A stretch of DNA of 39,004 nt from a virus (lineage: Duplodnaviria > Caudoviricetes): the IMG/VR virus record IMGVR_UViG_3300033067_001561, positions 1-39,004 of that record; one strand, 5' to 3'. Of the stretch, positions 9,174-17,553 are shown piece after piece. The position numbers and the translations under genes were made by a program. Positions within the stretch are counted from its first letter, which is position 1. The number at the start of each line of letters is the position of its first letter. The notes beneath the pieces are model-generated. The model was not told the DNA's origin and did not search any database. It worked only from the letters and a program-made list of their open reading frames with translations.

Positions 9174-9226
9174 CGTGGGTTAATATTAATATTAAAAAAA
9201 CTTGTATGACTATTGTATAACTTTTA

Positions 9227-9532
9227 GACTCCCGAGGTGGACTCTCTCGCTCCTCCCCTCCTGCCCCATAAGGTAAATCTCATAGGCGGCATTGGTAATG
9301 TACTTGTTCTATTCCTCTTGTCCCACGTGTCCAACCCAGGAAATCTTGTCCTAGTCAAAGTTGTGTGTAAAAGCAGAATTGCATTACTTATGGTTCAGTA
9401 TGGCGTATCGTGTCGAACTAATTACTATGCATTTTTGATTAGGATCTGCATAACTGTTAGTATCAGCCTCGGAATCCTCTGGTTTTAAACAGAACAAAAT
9501 GCAGAAAGCACTCAATCTACCTAAAACTAGAT
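9227..9532 (-). ncRNA. Candidate structured non-coding RNA (about 250-nt core, 9227-9476)
   Basis: Own promoter; terminal stem GGAUUCCGAGG/CCUCGGGAGUCU plus four internal arms; G-U pairs consistently favour the minus strand; no convincing ORF. Confidence 0.55.
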
Positions 9533-9538
9533 AGGTAA

Positions 9539-9604
9539 ATAGTAATACATGTTTAAATATATGACAAGTTTTTATTTGCATTTCATACACACTTTGTTTA
9601 TAGT
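9539..9604. promoter_or_regulatory. Back-to-back sigma70 promoters
   Basis: Minus: TTGTCA (9567-9562)-17 nt-TACTAT (9544-9539). Plus: TTGCAT (9576-9581)-17 nt-TATAGT (9599-9604). Confidence 0.65.
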
Positions 9605-9632
9605 ACTAGTAATTACATAATAAATAGTATTT

Positions 9633-10880
9633 ATGAAGTTTAATGAACCAAAGAATAAGAATTACTGTGGAGTAGTTGTGAAATTAAAAACAATATTAGC
9701 TCTAGAAAATTGTGATAATGTGGTAGGTGCTCAAGTGTTTGGTTTTCAAGCTATTATAGGCAAAGGAACTGACTTGGAGGAACTTTTCATATTCTTTCCA
9801 GCTGAGACAAGACTTTCTGAAGCTTATTGTAAAAGCAATAATCTATTTAGAGATGCTAGTATGAATCAAGATAAAGAGAAAAAGGGATATGTTGAAAAAA
9901 ATAGAAGAATTAGAGCTGTAAAGTTTAGAGGTCATCGGAGTAGCTGTTTGGTGATGCCGCTTTCTAGTGTTAGTTTTACTAAGGTGAGTATATCAGATAT
10001 TAGCGAAGGTGATGAGTTCGATGAAATAAATGGAATTGAAATTTGCAGAAAGCATGAAGTCATCACGAAAGGCACTCAGCCTAGCATGTCTAAGAAAGAA
10101 TCCAGAGTAGATAGAATGCATATACCAGAGCATTACGATACGGAGCAGTACTATCGAAACAAAGACAAGATAAAGCCAACACAAGAGATCATCGTGACTG
10201 CGAAGCTGCATGGTACTAGCTGTATCCTATCCAACACGTTTGTGAAGCATAAAATGTCTTTAGTTGATCGTGTAGCTCAGTTTTTTGGAGCTTCTATTAT
10301 GAAATATGAGCACGATTCTGTATTTGGTAGCAGAAAAGTAATTAAAGACCCAAATAACAAAGACCAAGCGCATTACTATGGAGAAGACCTTTGGAATATT
10401 CAAGGAGCGAAGTATGCTGACCTAATACCAGAGAACTTTATCGTGTATGGTGAATATATCGGTTGGACGAGCGATGGAGCAGCCATTCAAAGCGGTTACA
10501 CCTATGATGTGCCTAAGGGTGATTGTCACCTGTATGTGTATCGGGTAGCTATTGTAAACGAGCGAGGGTTGCTTACTGACCTTGCTTGGTCCCATGTGAA
10601 GCAATTTTGTAACGATCGTGGGTTAAAATATGTACCAGAACTGTGGATAGGTAAGCACAAAAACTTTAATCCTGACAAATACATGGACAAGCAGTTTAGC
10701 ACGATGTTTAATAACTGCCCTAAATTAAGCGACCCAACGTCATCTGATGAAGGTGTTTGTATTAGGGTCGAAGGAATGGTGCCAAAAATCTATAAGAGCA
10801 AGTGTGAGTCGTTCTACCTCTACGAGACTAAACAGCTCGATGAAGGTGTTGTAGACATGGAAAGCGCAGAATCTATTTAA
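9633..10880 (+). CDS. ATP-dependent RNA ligase (Rnl2 / DRB0094-like) with N-terminal OB-like domain
   Basis: Motif I TAKLHGTS, GSRK, YGE, EGVCIR, K-S-K; adjacent to Pnk. Confidence 0.85.
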   Translation: MKFNEPKNKNYCGVVVKLKTILALENCDNVVGAQVFGFQAIIGKGTDLEELFIFFPAETRLSEAYCKSNNLFRDASMNQDKEKKGYVEKNRRIRAVKFRGHRSSCLVMPLSSVSFTKVSISDISEGDEFDEINGIEICRKHEVITKGTQPSMSKKESRVDRMHIPEHYDTEQYYRNKDKIKPTQEIIVTAKLHGTSCILSNTFVKHKMSLVDRVAQFFGASIMKYEHDSVFGSRKVIKDPNNKDQAHYYGEDLWNIQGAKYADLIPENFIVYGEYIGWTSDGAAIQSGYTYDVPKGDCHLYVYRVAIVNERGLLTDLAWSHVKQFCNDRGLKYVPELWIGKHKNFNPDKYMDKQFSTMFNNCPKLSDPTSSDEGVCIRVEGMVPKIYKSKCESFYLYETKQLDEGVVDMESAESI

Positions 10881-10894
10881 TAATAATCATTACT

Positions 10895-11746
10895 ATGAAA
10901 GTACGAAAAGTTCTTATCTTATCGGGGCTCCCCGCTTCTGGAAAAAGTACACGAGCTAAAGAGCTTGTAGATAAAGGAGGATGGAAAAGATGTAACAAAG
11001 ACTTGATTAGGCTAATGCTGGACAATTCTAAATGGTCTAGGAATAATGAGAAGTTTGTATTAGCTCTACGTGATCACATTATCCTAGCTTCGCTTGAGGC
11101 TGGGTATAATGTAATTGTGGATGATACTAATATGGGTGGTATTCATCAGAAGCACATTAAAGAGCTAGTAAAAGACCTAGAGAATGTCGTAGTTGAGGAG
11201 GAATTTATTAATACTCCACTTGAAGTTTGTATTAGCCGTGACGCTGCACGAGATGAGCCTGTAGGTAAGAAAGTTATTATGGACATGTATAACAAATACC
11301 TTCGAAAGGAACAAGAGCTAATACCATACGAGGAAGGCTTGCCTGAGGCTATCATCGTAGATATAGATGGTACCTTGGCTCATTTTCATAATCGCAGTCC
11401 CTATGATTGGTCTCGGGTAGGTGAGGACACACTTGATGAGTCTGTCGCTTCTATCGTTAAAATAATGTACAATCATGCCCATGTCATTATTATGAGTGGT
11501 AGAGATGCTATTTGCAGGGATAAAACAGAATCTTGGCTAGCCCATAATGGCATACAGTATAATGCATTGTACATGCGACCTGAGGGCAATACTGAAAAAG
11601 ACTCAGTTATAAAAGAGCGTTTGTACAATAATCATATAAAAGGCAGTTATAACGTAAGATTCGTGCTTGACGATCGGGATCAGGTTGTGAAGCTTTGGAG
11701 GTCCCTTGGTTTAAAGTGTTTCCAGGTAGCTGAAGGAAATTTCTAG
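10895..11746 (+). CDS. pseT: Polynucleotide 5'-kinase/3'-phosphatase (T4 Pnk-like)
   Basis: GLPASGKST kinase domain; DIDGTLA, SGR and DDR HAD phosphatase motifs; ends QVAEGNF. Confidence 0.93.
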   Translation: MKVRKVLILSGLPASGKSTRAKELVDKGGWKRCNKDLIRLMLDNSKWSRNNEKFVLALRDHIILASLEAGYNVIVDDTNMGGIHQKHIKELVKDLENVVVEEEFINTPLEVCISRDAARDEPVGKKVIMDMYNKYLRKEQELIPYEEGLPEAIIVDIDGTLAHFHNRSPYDWSRVGEDTLDESVASIVKIMYNHAHVIIMSGRDAICRDKTESWLAHNGIQYNALYMRPEGNTEKDSVIKERLYNNHIKGSYNVRFVLDDRDQVVKLWRSLGLKCFQVAEGNF

Positions 11747-11750
11747 GTAA

Positions 11751-11790
11751 ATAAAGACTGCATTAGCACAAGCTTTTGCGGTTTTATTAT
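11751..11790 (+). terminator. Terminator after the RNA repair genes
   Basis: TAAAGACTGCA...TGCGGTTTTA stem. Confidence 0.6.
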
Positions 11791-11867
11791 GCATATAAAT
11801 ATAAAATATGTTGACTTTCCTATAATATTCGATAAGATACAAAGTGTTATTACTTAATTAATATTTT

Positions 11868-12215
11868 ATGTATGAACTAACTCTAGAAAAACTAGAGCAA
11901 GCAGAGAAGAAGTCAATTATGCATGAAGGTCTTACAAAAATAGAACATCCATGGTTCAATGATGCGAAGTGTGTAGATGCCGACAATAAGGTTGTAGTGA
12001 GATTTGTATTAGTAAAAGGAGGAGGAAAGTACGACTGGGCTATCTACCACAGTCTATCAGCTAATATAACACATGCTGACTTCCTTGATGATGCGAATAC
12101 GTTCACGGTATCTCCAGCTATGGTATATCAGTTTGGACAAAAACTCTACAATGAAGAAGACATCTTTGACATTGTAAAGTGCGATAAAGAAGTTTTTAGC
12201 CACTACAGAAGATGA
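11868..12215 (+). CDS. Hypothetical phage protein
   Basis: 115-aa ORF behind TTGACT-16 nt-TAAGAT (11811-11838). Confidence 0.75.
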   Translation: MYELTLEKLEQAEKKSIMHEGLTKIEHPWFNDAKCVDADNKVVVRFVLVKGGGKYDWAIYHSLSANITHADFLDDANTFTVSPAMVYQFGQKLYNEEDIFDIVKCDKEVFSHYRR

Positions 12216-12304
12216 AAAACATTATTTTACAACGCAAAGAGTTCATTCGTATATTGCAGCTAGTGCGCAAAAAGCTATCAAAAAAAGCACTTACTAAAAA
12301 GTAA
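12212..12304 (+). CDS. Small basic hypothetical peptide (30 aa)
   Basis: ATGA overlap with the previous gene; MKNIILQRKEFIRILQLVRKKLSKKALTKK. Confidence 0.4.
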   Translation: MKNIILQRKEFIRILQLVRKKLSKKALTKK

Positions 12305-12410
12305 AATGCTTCCTTAGAGCTTATATCTCTACAAGCGATGGTTAGTGGCAGTAGTATTATACTTAGAAGCAATTTAAATTCAAACTATTTTATATTTTCT
12401 TTTTATTATT

Positions 12411-12548
12411 ATGAAACTTATACATGGATTGCTGGTGGCTCCTATTGAGCTAAAAGTACCAAAGATCGGAGAGTACAACAAAGACTTGCAAAAACTACAG
12501 ATGAATCATCCTACGAGGAAGTGGTTCAAGGAACAGCGAAACAAATAA
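12411..12548 (+). CDS. Small hypothetical protein (45 aa)
   Basis: MKLIHGLLVAPIELKVPK...KEQRNK; fills the gap and has an AT-rich leader like neighbouring genes. Confidence 0.5.
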   Translation: MKLIHGLLVAPIELKVPKIGEYNKDLQKLQMNHPTRKWFKEQRNK

Positions 12549-12572
12549 TTTTTTATAAATAAATCTTACAAA

Positions 12573-14084
12573 ATGAATATTAAACAATCATATATCAATC
12601 ATTCAGGAAAAGTTTTCTTTGCGTTTATCATTGTCTGCTTCATGACATTTGTGCTCTTTGTTAATAGTCTTTTTACAAGAACAGAAGATTCCTATAGGGT
12701 AGCAGCTCGTGAGGTAGTTGCTTTAGAGCAGAAATATGACAAGTATTGGGATACGGAAGGTAAGAAGTTGGCATTAGCTAAAGAAGATCTTTTCAAGCAA
12801 GAGCAGGTGGTAAATAGTAAGCTCGAAGAAATATCTAAAGAGATCGAAGAAAAGAAAAAGCTTACCAAAAAAGAGCTATTAAATGAGTGGAAGCCTACGT
12901 ATGTAGCGTATTATGTAGACAATAAAAAGAAGAAATACCGTATTATAGAGGAAGGTATTGGCGGTGTTGAAGATGGCTCTGGGGCTATCCTTGATACGTA
13001 TACAAAGCCGTCTGACTTATTCTATACGTGCTTGAAGCAATATAACTGCTACGTAACACAGTCTGATCGTGAACACTTTTCTCGTAATGGCTATTTGGCT
13101 ACTGATATTGGCACTGCTGATAAGAATTTACCAATACGGCTTCCAGATTTTATGGGTAAGGAAGTTGTGTATACATTGAAATACGTGAATTATCCAAAGA
13201 CTACTGGAGCTACCGTGGAAGCATTTGCAGAAGTAGATGGTGTAAAGATCATGTGGAGAATTGGACATACTCATTGGGACTGGGACAATATTAAATATAA
13301 TGATCTGTACCATAATAAGCAGCTGAAGACTGGTACTGTAATTGCTTATAGTGGAGGTGAGAAAGAAGAATCATTTAAAAACAAAGGAAACCAAGGTGCT
13401 ACCACTGGTAAGCATGTGCATATTGAATATCTCATGTGGGATGGTAGTAAATATGCTCCAGCTCCATATAGACTAGATCAGACGATCAACGTCCATAAAG
13501 AAGACAATTCATTCATCCCTACGGCTCATGCCGAAGACTTGCAGAAGGTGGCAGATGGTCCACAATGGACCGACTATGCCACAATATCTGCAAATACATG
13601 GCAAGAGGACAGCAGTAAGTGGAGTGAGCGTAAGCGTTTTGAAATGACCGTAGCCAATCCAGACGAGAAGGTTCAAAGTAACTTTGTAGTAGCTGTAAAA
13701 GATCTTATTGAGGGTATGACTAATAATCCAATTACAAGTGGCAATGAGATGTATCCTCGATATGTATACGTGACTTCTTACAACCCAGAGGTAAAGCAGA
13801 ATGACAGTGACCCATGGACAGGAGCAGCTGGTGTGCGTATGAGTGAAGGTATGATTGCTTTAAGTAGGGATCTTGTAAATAATCCTGCAAATAAGGAATA
13901 CAATATGAATAGCCCAATTAAATTTGGAGATAAGGTACACTTACAGTCACCTAATGAAAATTGCACTGGAGATTATGTTGTATCAGATACCATGAATAGA
14001 AGATTTAAGAATCGTGCAGATATTTTTAGACTGAACCGTAAGGATAATCAATCATGCTATGGAGTCATTAGCGTAATTAAATAA
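12573..14084 (+). CDS. Membrane-anchored peptidoglycan hydrolase: TM + coiled coil + M23-like peptidase + 3D domain
   Basis: N-terminal TM; H...ATDIG, GH, TTGKHVHIE (M23 HxH); VTSYN...QND..P...IALSRDL...DTMNRRF...ADI (3D). Confidence 0.75.
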   Translation: MNIKQSYINHSGKVFFAFIIVCFMTFVLFVNSLFTRTEDSYRVAAREVVALEQKYDKYWDTEGKKLALAKEDLFKQEQVVNSKLEEISKEIEEKKKLTKKELLNEWKPTYVAYYVDNKKKKYRIIEEGIGGVEDGSGAILDTYTKPSDLFYTCLKQYNCYVTQSDREHFSRNGYLATDIGTADKNLPIRLPDFMGKEVVYTLKYVNYPKTTGATVEAFAEVDGVKIMWRIGHTHWDWDNIKYNDLYHNKQLKTGTVIAYSGGEKEESFKNKGNQGATTGKHVHIEYLMWDGSKYAPAPYRLDQTINVHKEDNSFIPTAHAEDLQKVADGPQWTDYATISANTWQEDSSKWSERKRFEMTVANPDEKVQSNFVVAVKDLIEGMTNNPITSGNEMYPRYVYVTSYNPEVKQNDSDPWTGAAGVRMSEGMIALSRDLVNNPANKEYNMNSPIKFGDKVHLQSPNENCTGDYVVSDTMNRRFKNRADIFRLNRKDNQSCYGVISVIK

Positions 14085-14150
14085 AAAAACCATTTACACA
14101 TACACAACTTTATATATAATCAAGATGCTTAGAACTTAATCACTATTACT

Positions 14151-14588
14151 ATGGATATAACGTGCTCTGCGAAGCTAGCAAAGGAGCTTCATGAATTAGG
14201 TTGGAGGAAGGAAACAACATTCTACTATGGGAATAAGCTTACTTTGATTAAAGAAATGCGAGAAGGGCAAATGATGGGTGAGAATAGCTATTTTATGTCA
14301 CCTCGCTTAGAAGTTATTTGTTCACAGAACGAGTTCCAGATGTATCGTGCTAAATTCTCAGCTCCCCAGTTTCATGAAATAGTTGAGGTTTTACCTTTTC
14401 GGATAGGAGAATACTTTTTAGAGTTTTCAAAGGATGGATACGAAGTATCAAAGGAGACGTTTTATGATGCTAGGTATCAAGAAGTTTTTGCTGGTCCTTG
14501 TTTACGTTTTGAAGAAAATAAAAACCCCCATAATGCAGCAGCAAAACTTCTCGTTTGGTGCATTAAAAATAAATTTGTAACTTTATAA
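14151..14588 (+). CDS. Hypothetical phage protein
   Basis: 145-aa ORF; TTTACA-16 nt-TATAAT upstream (14093-14120). Confidence 0.75.
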   Translation: MDITCSAKLAKELHELGWRKETTFYYGNKLTLIKEMREGQMMGENSYFMSPRLEVICSQNEFQMYRAKFSAPQFHEIVEVLPFRIGEYFLEFSKDGYEVSKETFYDARYQEVFAGPCLRFEENKNPHNAAAKLLVWCIKNKFVTL

Positions 14589-14603
14589 TCTTAATAAATA
14601 ACT

Positions 14604-15029
14604 ATGCCTAATATTAATCCAACACAACTCTACACACTCCTACAGATACACCAGATGAAAATTTTTCCTGCTTCCTATGCGGTTTTGTATGATCTTACTA
14701 GTAAGGTGGAAGAGCAGAACGGAGTGACCAGAAGAGTATTACGAGACGATGCAGATCGTATACCAGCTACAAACCATGCTCATCCACTGAATAAGAATTT
14801 ACTTATCAAGGTATTAGGTCAGGATATTCTTGACTACATCCCAAAGTTTAAAGCTATTGTGAAGAAGAAATTCCAGGATAAACCTGCTGGAGCTAAGATC
14901 CAATCTGAAAATATGTCTAAGTATTGGAAGAATATGACTCCTGAGCTCAAGCTAACTCGTATGGAGAAGATTAGAAAGACGAGAGAGATTAATAAACGTG
15001 ATCGTGACGCTATTCTAAGGTCTTACTAA
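14604..15029 (+). CDS. Hypothetical basic protein, possibly DNA-binding
   Basis: LYTL.QI...SY..LY.L N-terminus is reminiscent of Xis/MerR-type HTH; basic C-terminus. Confidence 0.55.
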   Translation: MPNINPTQLYTLLQIHQMKIFPASYAVLYDLTSKVEEQNGVTRRVLRDDADRIPATNHAHPLNKNLLIKVLGQDILDYIPKFKAIVKKKFQDKPAGAKIQSENMSKYWKNMTPELKLTRMEKIRKTREINKRDRDAILRSY

Positions 15030-15197
15030 CCCATACTATGCATATATCAGCTATTCTAGATAAGAGAAAGGCTTTGCTTCGCTGTGCAAAGCGTGATAGA
15101 ATCCTTAAAAACTTTCTAGTATTTTCTAAAGGGGTTTATTACATTAATGAAAATAAATTAGCATTAAAAAATATAATTTTTAATGGAACTATATCTC

Positions 15198-15731
15198 ATG
15201 GCGGAGTACAAAAATTCACAGGAGTTCTACCAAAGTCACTTCAACCGATTGAAAACAAGGTTCGAGGATGGTGGTCACGTACAGGTTATTAATGAGACGA
15301 TGGAGACGTTATCAGATCTCCATGATAACTTTATGGTTTATGGGCTCGATGAGCTTACCCTCATCGCTGGTCGCCTTGCCCTAATGAAGGCGTATCTGGG
15401 AGAGTATGCTTCCTACGAAAACCTAAAAACAAATTCTGCGTATGTGTATAAAAAGCTTCAGCGAGCTAATAAAAGATCCAAAGCTACTACAAGGCTAGAG
15501 GAGCTAGGGTCGAAGATTACACAGGATTCTATAGAGGCTGAGGTCATTAAGATGACCATAGACGAGGAACAAGAGCATATATTTCATCAATACTACTCTG
15601 ATAAGGTCACAAATCTCTTCGAGTCATTGAATTGGATTATGTCTTCTATAAAGTGGAGGATGGAGGAGAAGCGGTCTGAGCAGTACCATGCAAAGCTTTA
15701 CGACCAAGCTGATACTTCCCCGATTATGTAG
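15198..15731 (+). CDS. Alpha-helical coiled-coil protein (possible recombination mediator)
   Basis: All-helical composition and recombination-gene context; start could be 15183 or 15198. Confidence 0.55.
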   Translation: MAEYKNSQEFYQSHFNRLKTRFEDGGHVQVINETMETLSDLHDNFMVYGLDELTLIAGRLALMKAYLGEYASYENLKTNSAYVYKKLQRANKRSKATTRLEELGSKITQDSIEAEVIKMTIDEEQEHIFHQYYSDKVTNLFESLNWIMSSIKWRMEEKRSEQYHAKLYDQADTSPIM

Positions 15732-15746
15732 AGAATATAAAATTAG

Positions 15747-15775
15747 TTGACAATTACTAAGGCACCTGCTATATT
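15747..15775 (+). promoter_or_regulatory. Strong sigma70-type promoter
   Basis: TTGACA-17 nt-TATATT with extended -10 TG. Confidence 0.75.
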
Positions 15776-15802
15776 AGAGGTGCTTTATTATTAATATATA
15801 TT

Positions 15803-16249
15803 ATGAAAAGAAAATGCGTGATATTCGATATAGACGGTACCATAGCTGATATTGATCATCGGCTTCATCTCAAGAAGCATAAGGAAGATTTTTATAGCAA
15901 GGCTTACGCTGATGAGCCTATTGTGGGTGTGATTGCTGTGCTTAAAATGTTCTTGAGTAATCCTGATTATACTGTTATATTCCTTACATCTCGTCCTGAG
16001 TGGACTCGCCTTACTACGGTAAGCTGGTTGCATAAGCATATAAATCTCTTGAACTTTAGTCCATATACACTTATGATGAGACCACAAGGAGTAGATAAGA
16101 AAGACTATGAGGTAAAGCAGGATATATACATGAGCCAAATAAAGGATCTGTATGATGTGGAGCTCATCATCGAGGACCGCCAACAGGTTGTCACTATGTG
16201 GAGAGGGCTCGGGCTCACCTGTCTCCAAACGTGCGAGGGCAATTATTAA
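15803..16249 (+). CDS. Stand-alone HAD phosphatase, paralogue of the Pnk 3'-phosphatase domain
   Basis: FDIDGTIA, TSR, LMMRP, EDRQQVV.MWRGLGL.CLQ..EGNY match the PseT C-terminal half. Confidence 0.88.
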   Translation: MKRKCVIFDIDGTIADIDHRLHLKKHKEDFYSKAYADEPIVGVIAVLKMFLSNPDYTVIFLTSRPEWTRLTTVSWLHKHINLLNFSPYTLMMRPQGVDKKDYEVKQDIYMSQIKDLYDVELIIEDRQQVVTMWRGLGLTCLQTCEGNY

Positions 16250-16283
16250 TATGAGCATTTTTACATGCTAGTATAAGGTTATT

Positions 16284-17144
16284 ATGGAAGATAAAGAAAT
16301 TATCCTGTCATTCACAAAGCTATCAATGTATCTGGATTGTGGGCTGAAATACAAATACAAGTATTTTGATAAAACTCCAGATAAAAGTAATTTTAACTTT
16401 ATATTAGGTGATGCTGTACATAAGGCTCTTGAGTACAATGACAATAATATCATTACTAAGAAGGAGTCATTCCCTATTAGTAAGGTCATTGCTTTCTTTG
16501 AAAAGGTCATGAAGGCTAGCCTAAAAGAATTTAAGAAGAAGGAAGGATATGTGCCAGACGAGGAATATCAAAAGAACCTTAACCTAGGAAAGCGAATGGT
16601 AGAGCAGTATATGATTAATCTACCAAACAAGAAAGACTACAAACCACTCGTTATGGAGCAGCAATTCCAAATAAAGCTTCCTGATGCTGACGTTCATTTC
16701 CGAGGGTTTATAGATCAAATTACAGAGGATGATATTATCGTAGACCGCAAGACAAGTAAGGGCATGTATCAGGTATTGAAAGATGCGCTTGGCAATCCTG
16801 TAATTAATCCAGAGACAGGCAATCAAATATTTGATGGAGACCAGGTGAAGAAGTTGCAGCTCATCATGTATGCTTTGTGGTTCAGAGCAACCTACGGTCG
16901 TAAGGAGAAAGGATTGCAGTACGATATTATTACAAAACACAAAGTGCCACGAGTGCAGGTATTAGATATACTTATCACGGAGAAAGATGTTGAAAATGCA
17001 ATTGATCTTATGGATCGTGTAACAAAGCAAATACGAGATGAGCAATTCCCAGCTCATATCTCTCAAGGCTGTGGTTGGTGTGATTTTAAGGACACCTGTA
17101 CAGCTGCAAAAGATGCTAGGGAAAATCCTTTTACATTCTATTAA
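16284..17144 (+). CDS. PD-(D/E)XK RecB/Cas4-like exonuclease with Fe-S staple cysteines
   Basis: LSFTKL..Y.DC, G..VH, GFID, IVDRKT, QL..Y, C-terminal CxxCxxxxxC. Confidence 0.88.
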   Translation: MEDKEIILSFTKLSMYLDCGLKYKYKYFDKTPDKSNFNFILGDAVHKALEYNDNNIITKKESFPISKVIAFFEKVMKASLKEFKKKEGYVPDEEYQKNLNLGKRMVEQYMINLPNKKDYKPLVMEQQFQIKLPDADVHFRGFIDQITEDDIIVDRKTSKGMYQVLKDALGNPVINPETGNQIFDGDQVKKLQLIMYALWFRATYGRKEKGLQYDIITKHKVPRVQVLDILITEKDVENAIDLMDRVTKQIRDEQFPAHISQGCGWCDFKDTCTAAKDARENPFTFY

Positions 17145-17160
17145 ATATGCTGTCAGGATT

Positions 17161-17228
17161 AGTTCTAACGAGCTGATAAACATTTTATGAGTATGTATTC
17201 ATGTAATAAAAACAAAGCTCTTAGAACT
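17161..17228. promoter_or_regulatory. Nested inverted repeat upstream of the replication genes
   Basis: AGTTCTAA(C)GAGCT / AGCTCTTAGAACT with inner ATGAGT/ATTCAT. Confidence 0.5.
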
Positions 17229-17262
17229 CATTTAAACAACAAATTTATACTATTAAAACTAT

Positions 17263-17553
17263 ATGGATAATTACATTGTAAATAAAAGTGTCGCTGATGA
17301 GATGGGGATTGATGCTGCCTTGTTTTATCAGTACATCAAGGAAAGATTTATCGAGGATGCTATTGAGGAAATAAGTGCAGTGCCACAGAAGTGGGTGAAT
17401 GTGAAGGATTACGAGATTTTAAATCAGTTCCAGTGCTTCGCTGCTGAAGATGTAACTAGAATAAAGCGGTATCTTGCAAGACAGAATTACGTGGGGCATA
17501 AATTGGAGCATGATAAGTATGGCGTAGCCTCTAGCTGGTATTGTATTCTATGA
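17263..17553 (+). CDS. Winged-HTH protein, replication-initiator N-terminal-like
   Basis: VADEMGIDAALFYQYI...W...F......I...L pattern; upstream of the primase-helicase. Confidence 0.6.
   Translation: MDNYIVNKSVADEMGIDAALFYQYIKERFIEDAIEEISAVPQKWVNVKDYEILNQFQCFAAEDVTRIKRYLARQNYVGHKLEHDKYGVASSWYCIL

Noticed and set aside
9240-9300. Group II intron domain V/VI, RNase P or tmRNA identity for the candidate ncRNA
   Set aside because: The hairpin plus purine tract is only superficially similar; there is no proper catalytic triad/bulge, GAGGAAAGUCC, or tRNA-like ends
9237-9590. ORFs 9237-9488 (+) and 9384-9590 (-) as proteins
   Set aside because: Atypical composition; the + ORF has a GTG start and no supporting context, and the - ORF starts upstream of the predicted promoter; RNA structure explains the region better
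15038-15292. 84-aa ORF
   Set aside because: Overlaps the better ORF 15198-15731 by about 95 nt and spans a GCTTTGC/GCAAAGC hairpin and AT-rich promoter-like DNA; not fully excluded
16284-17144. Cas4 as part of a CRISPR system
   Set aside because: No array or other cas genes; such nucleases are common phage recombination exonucleases
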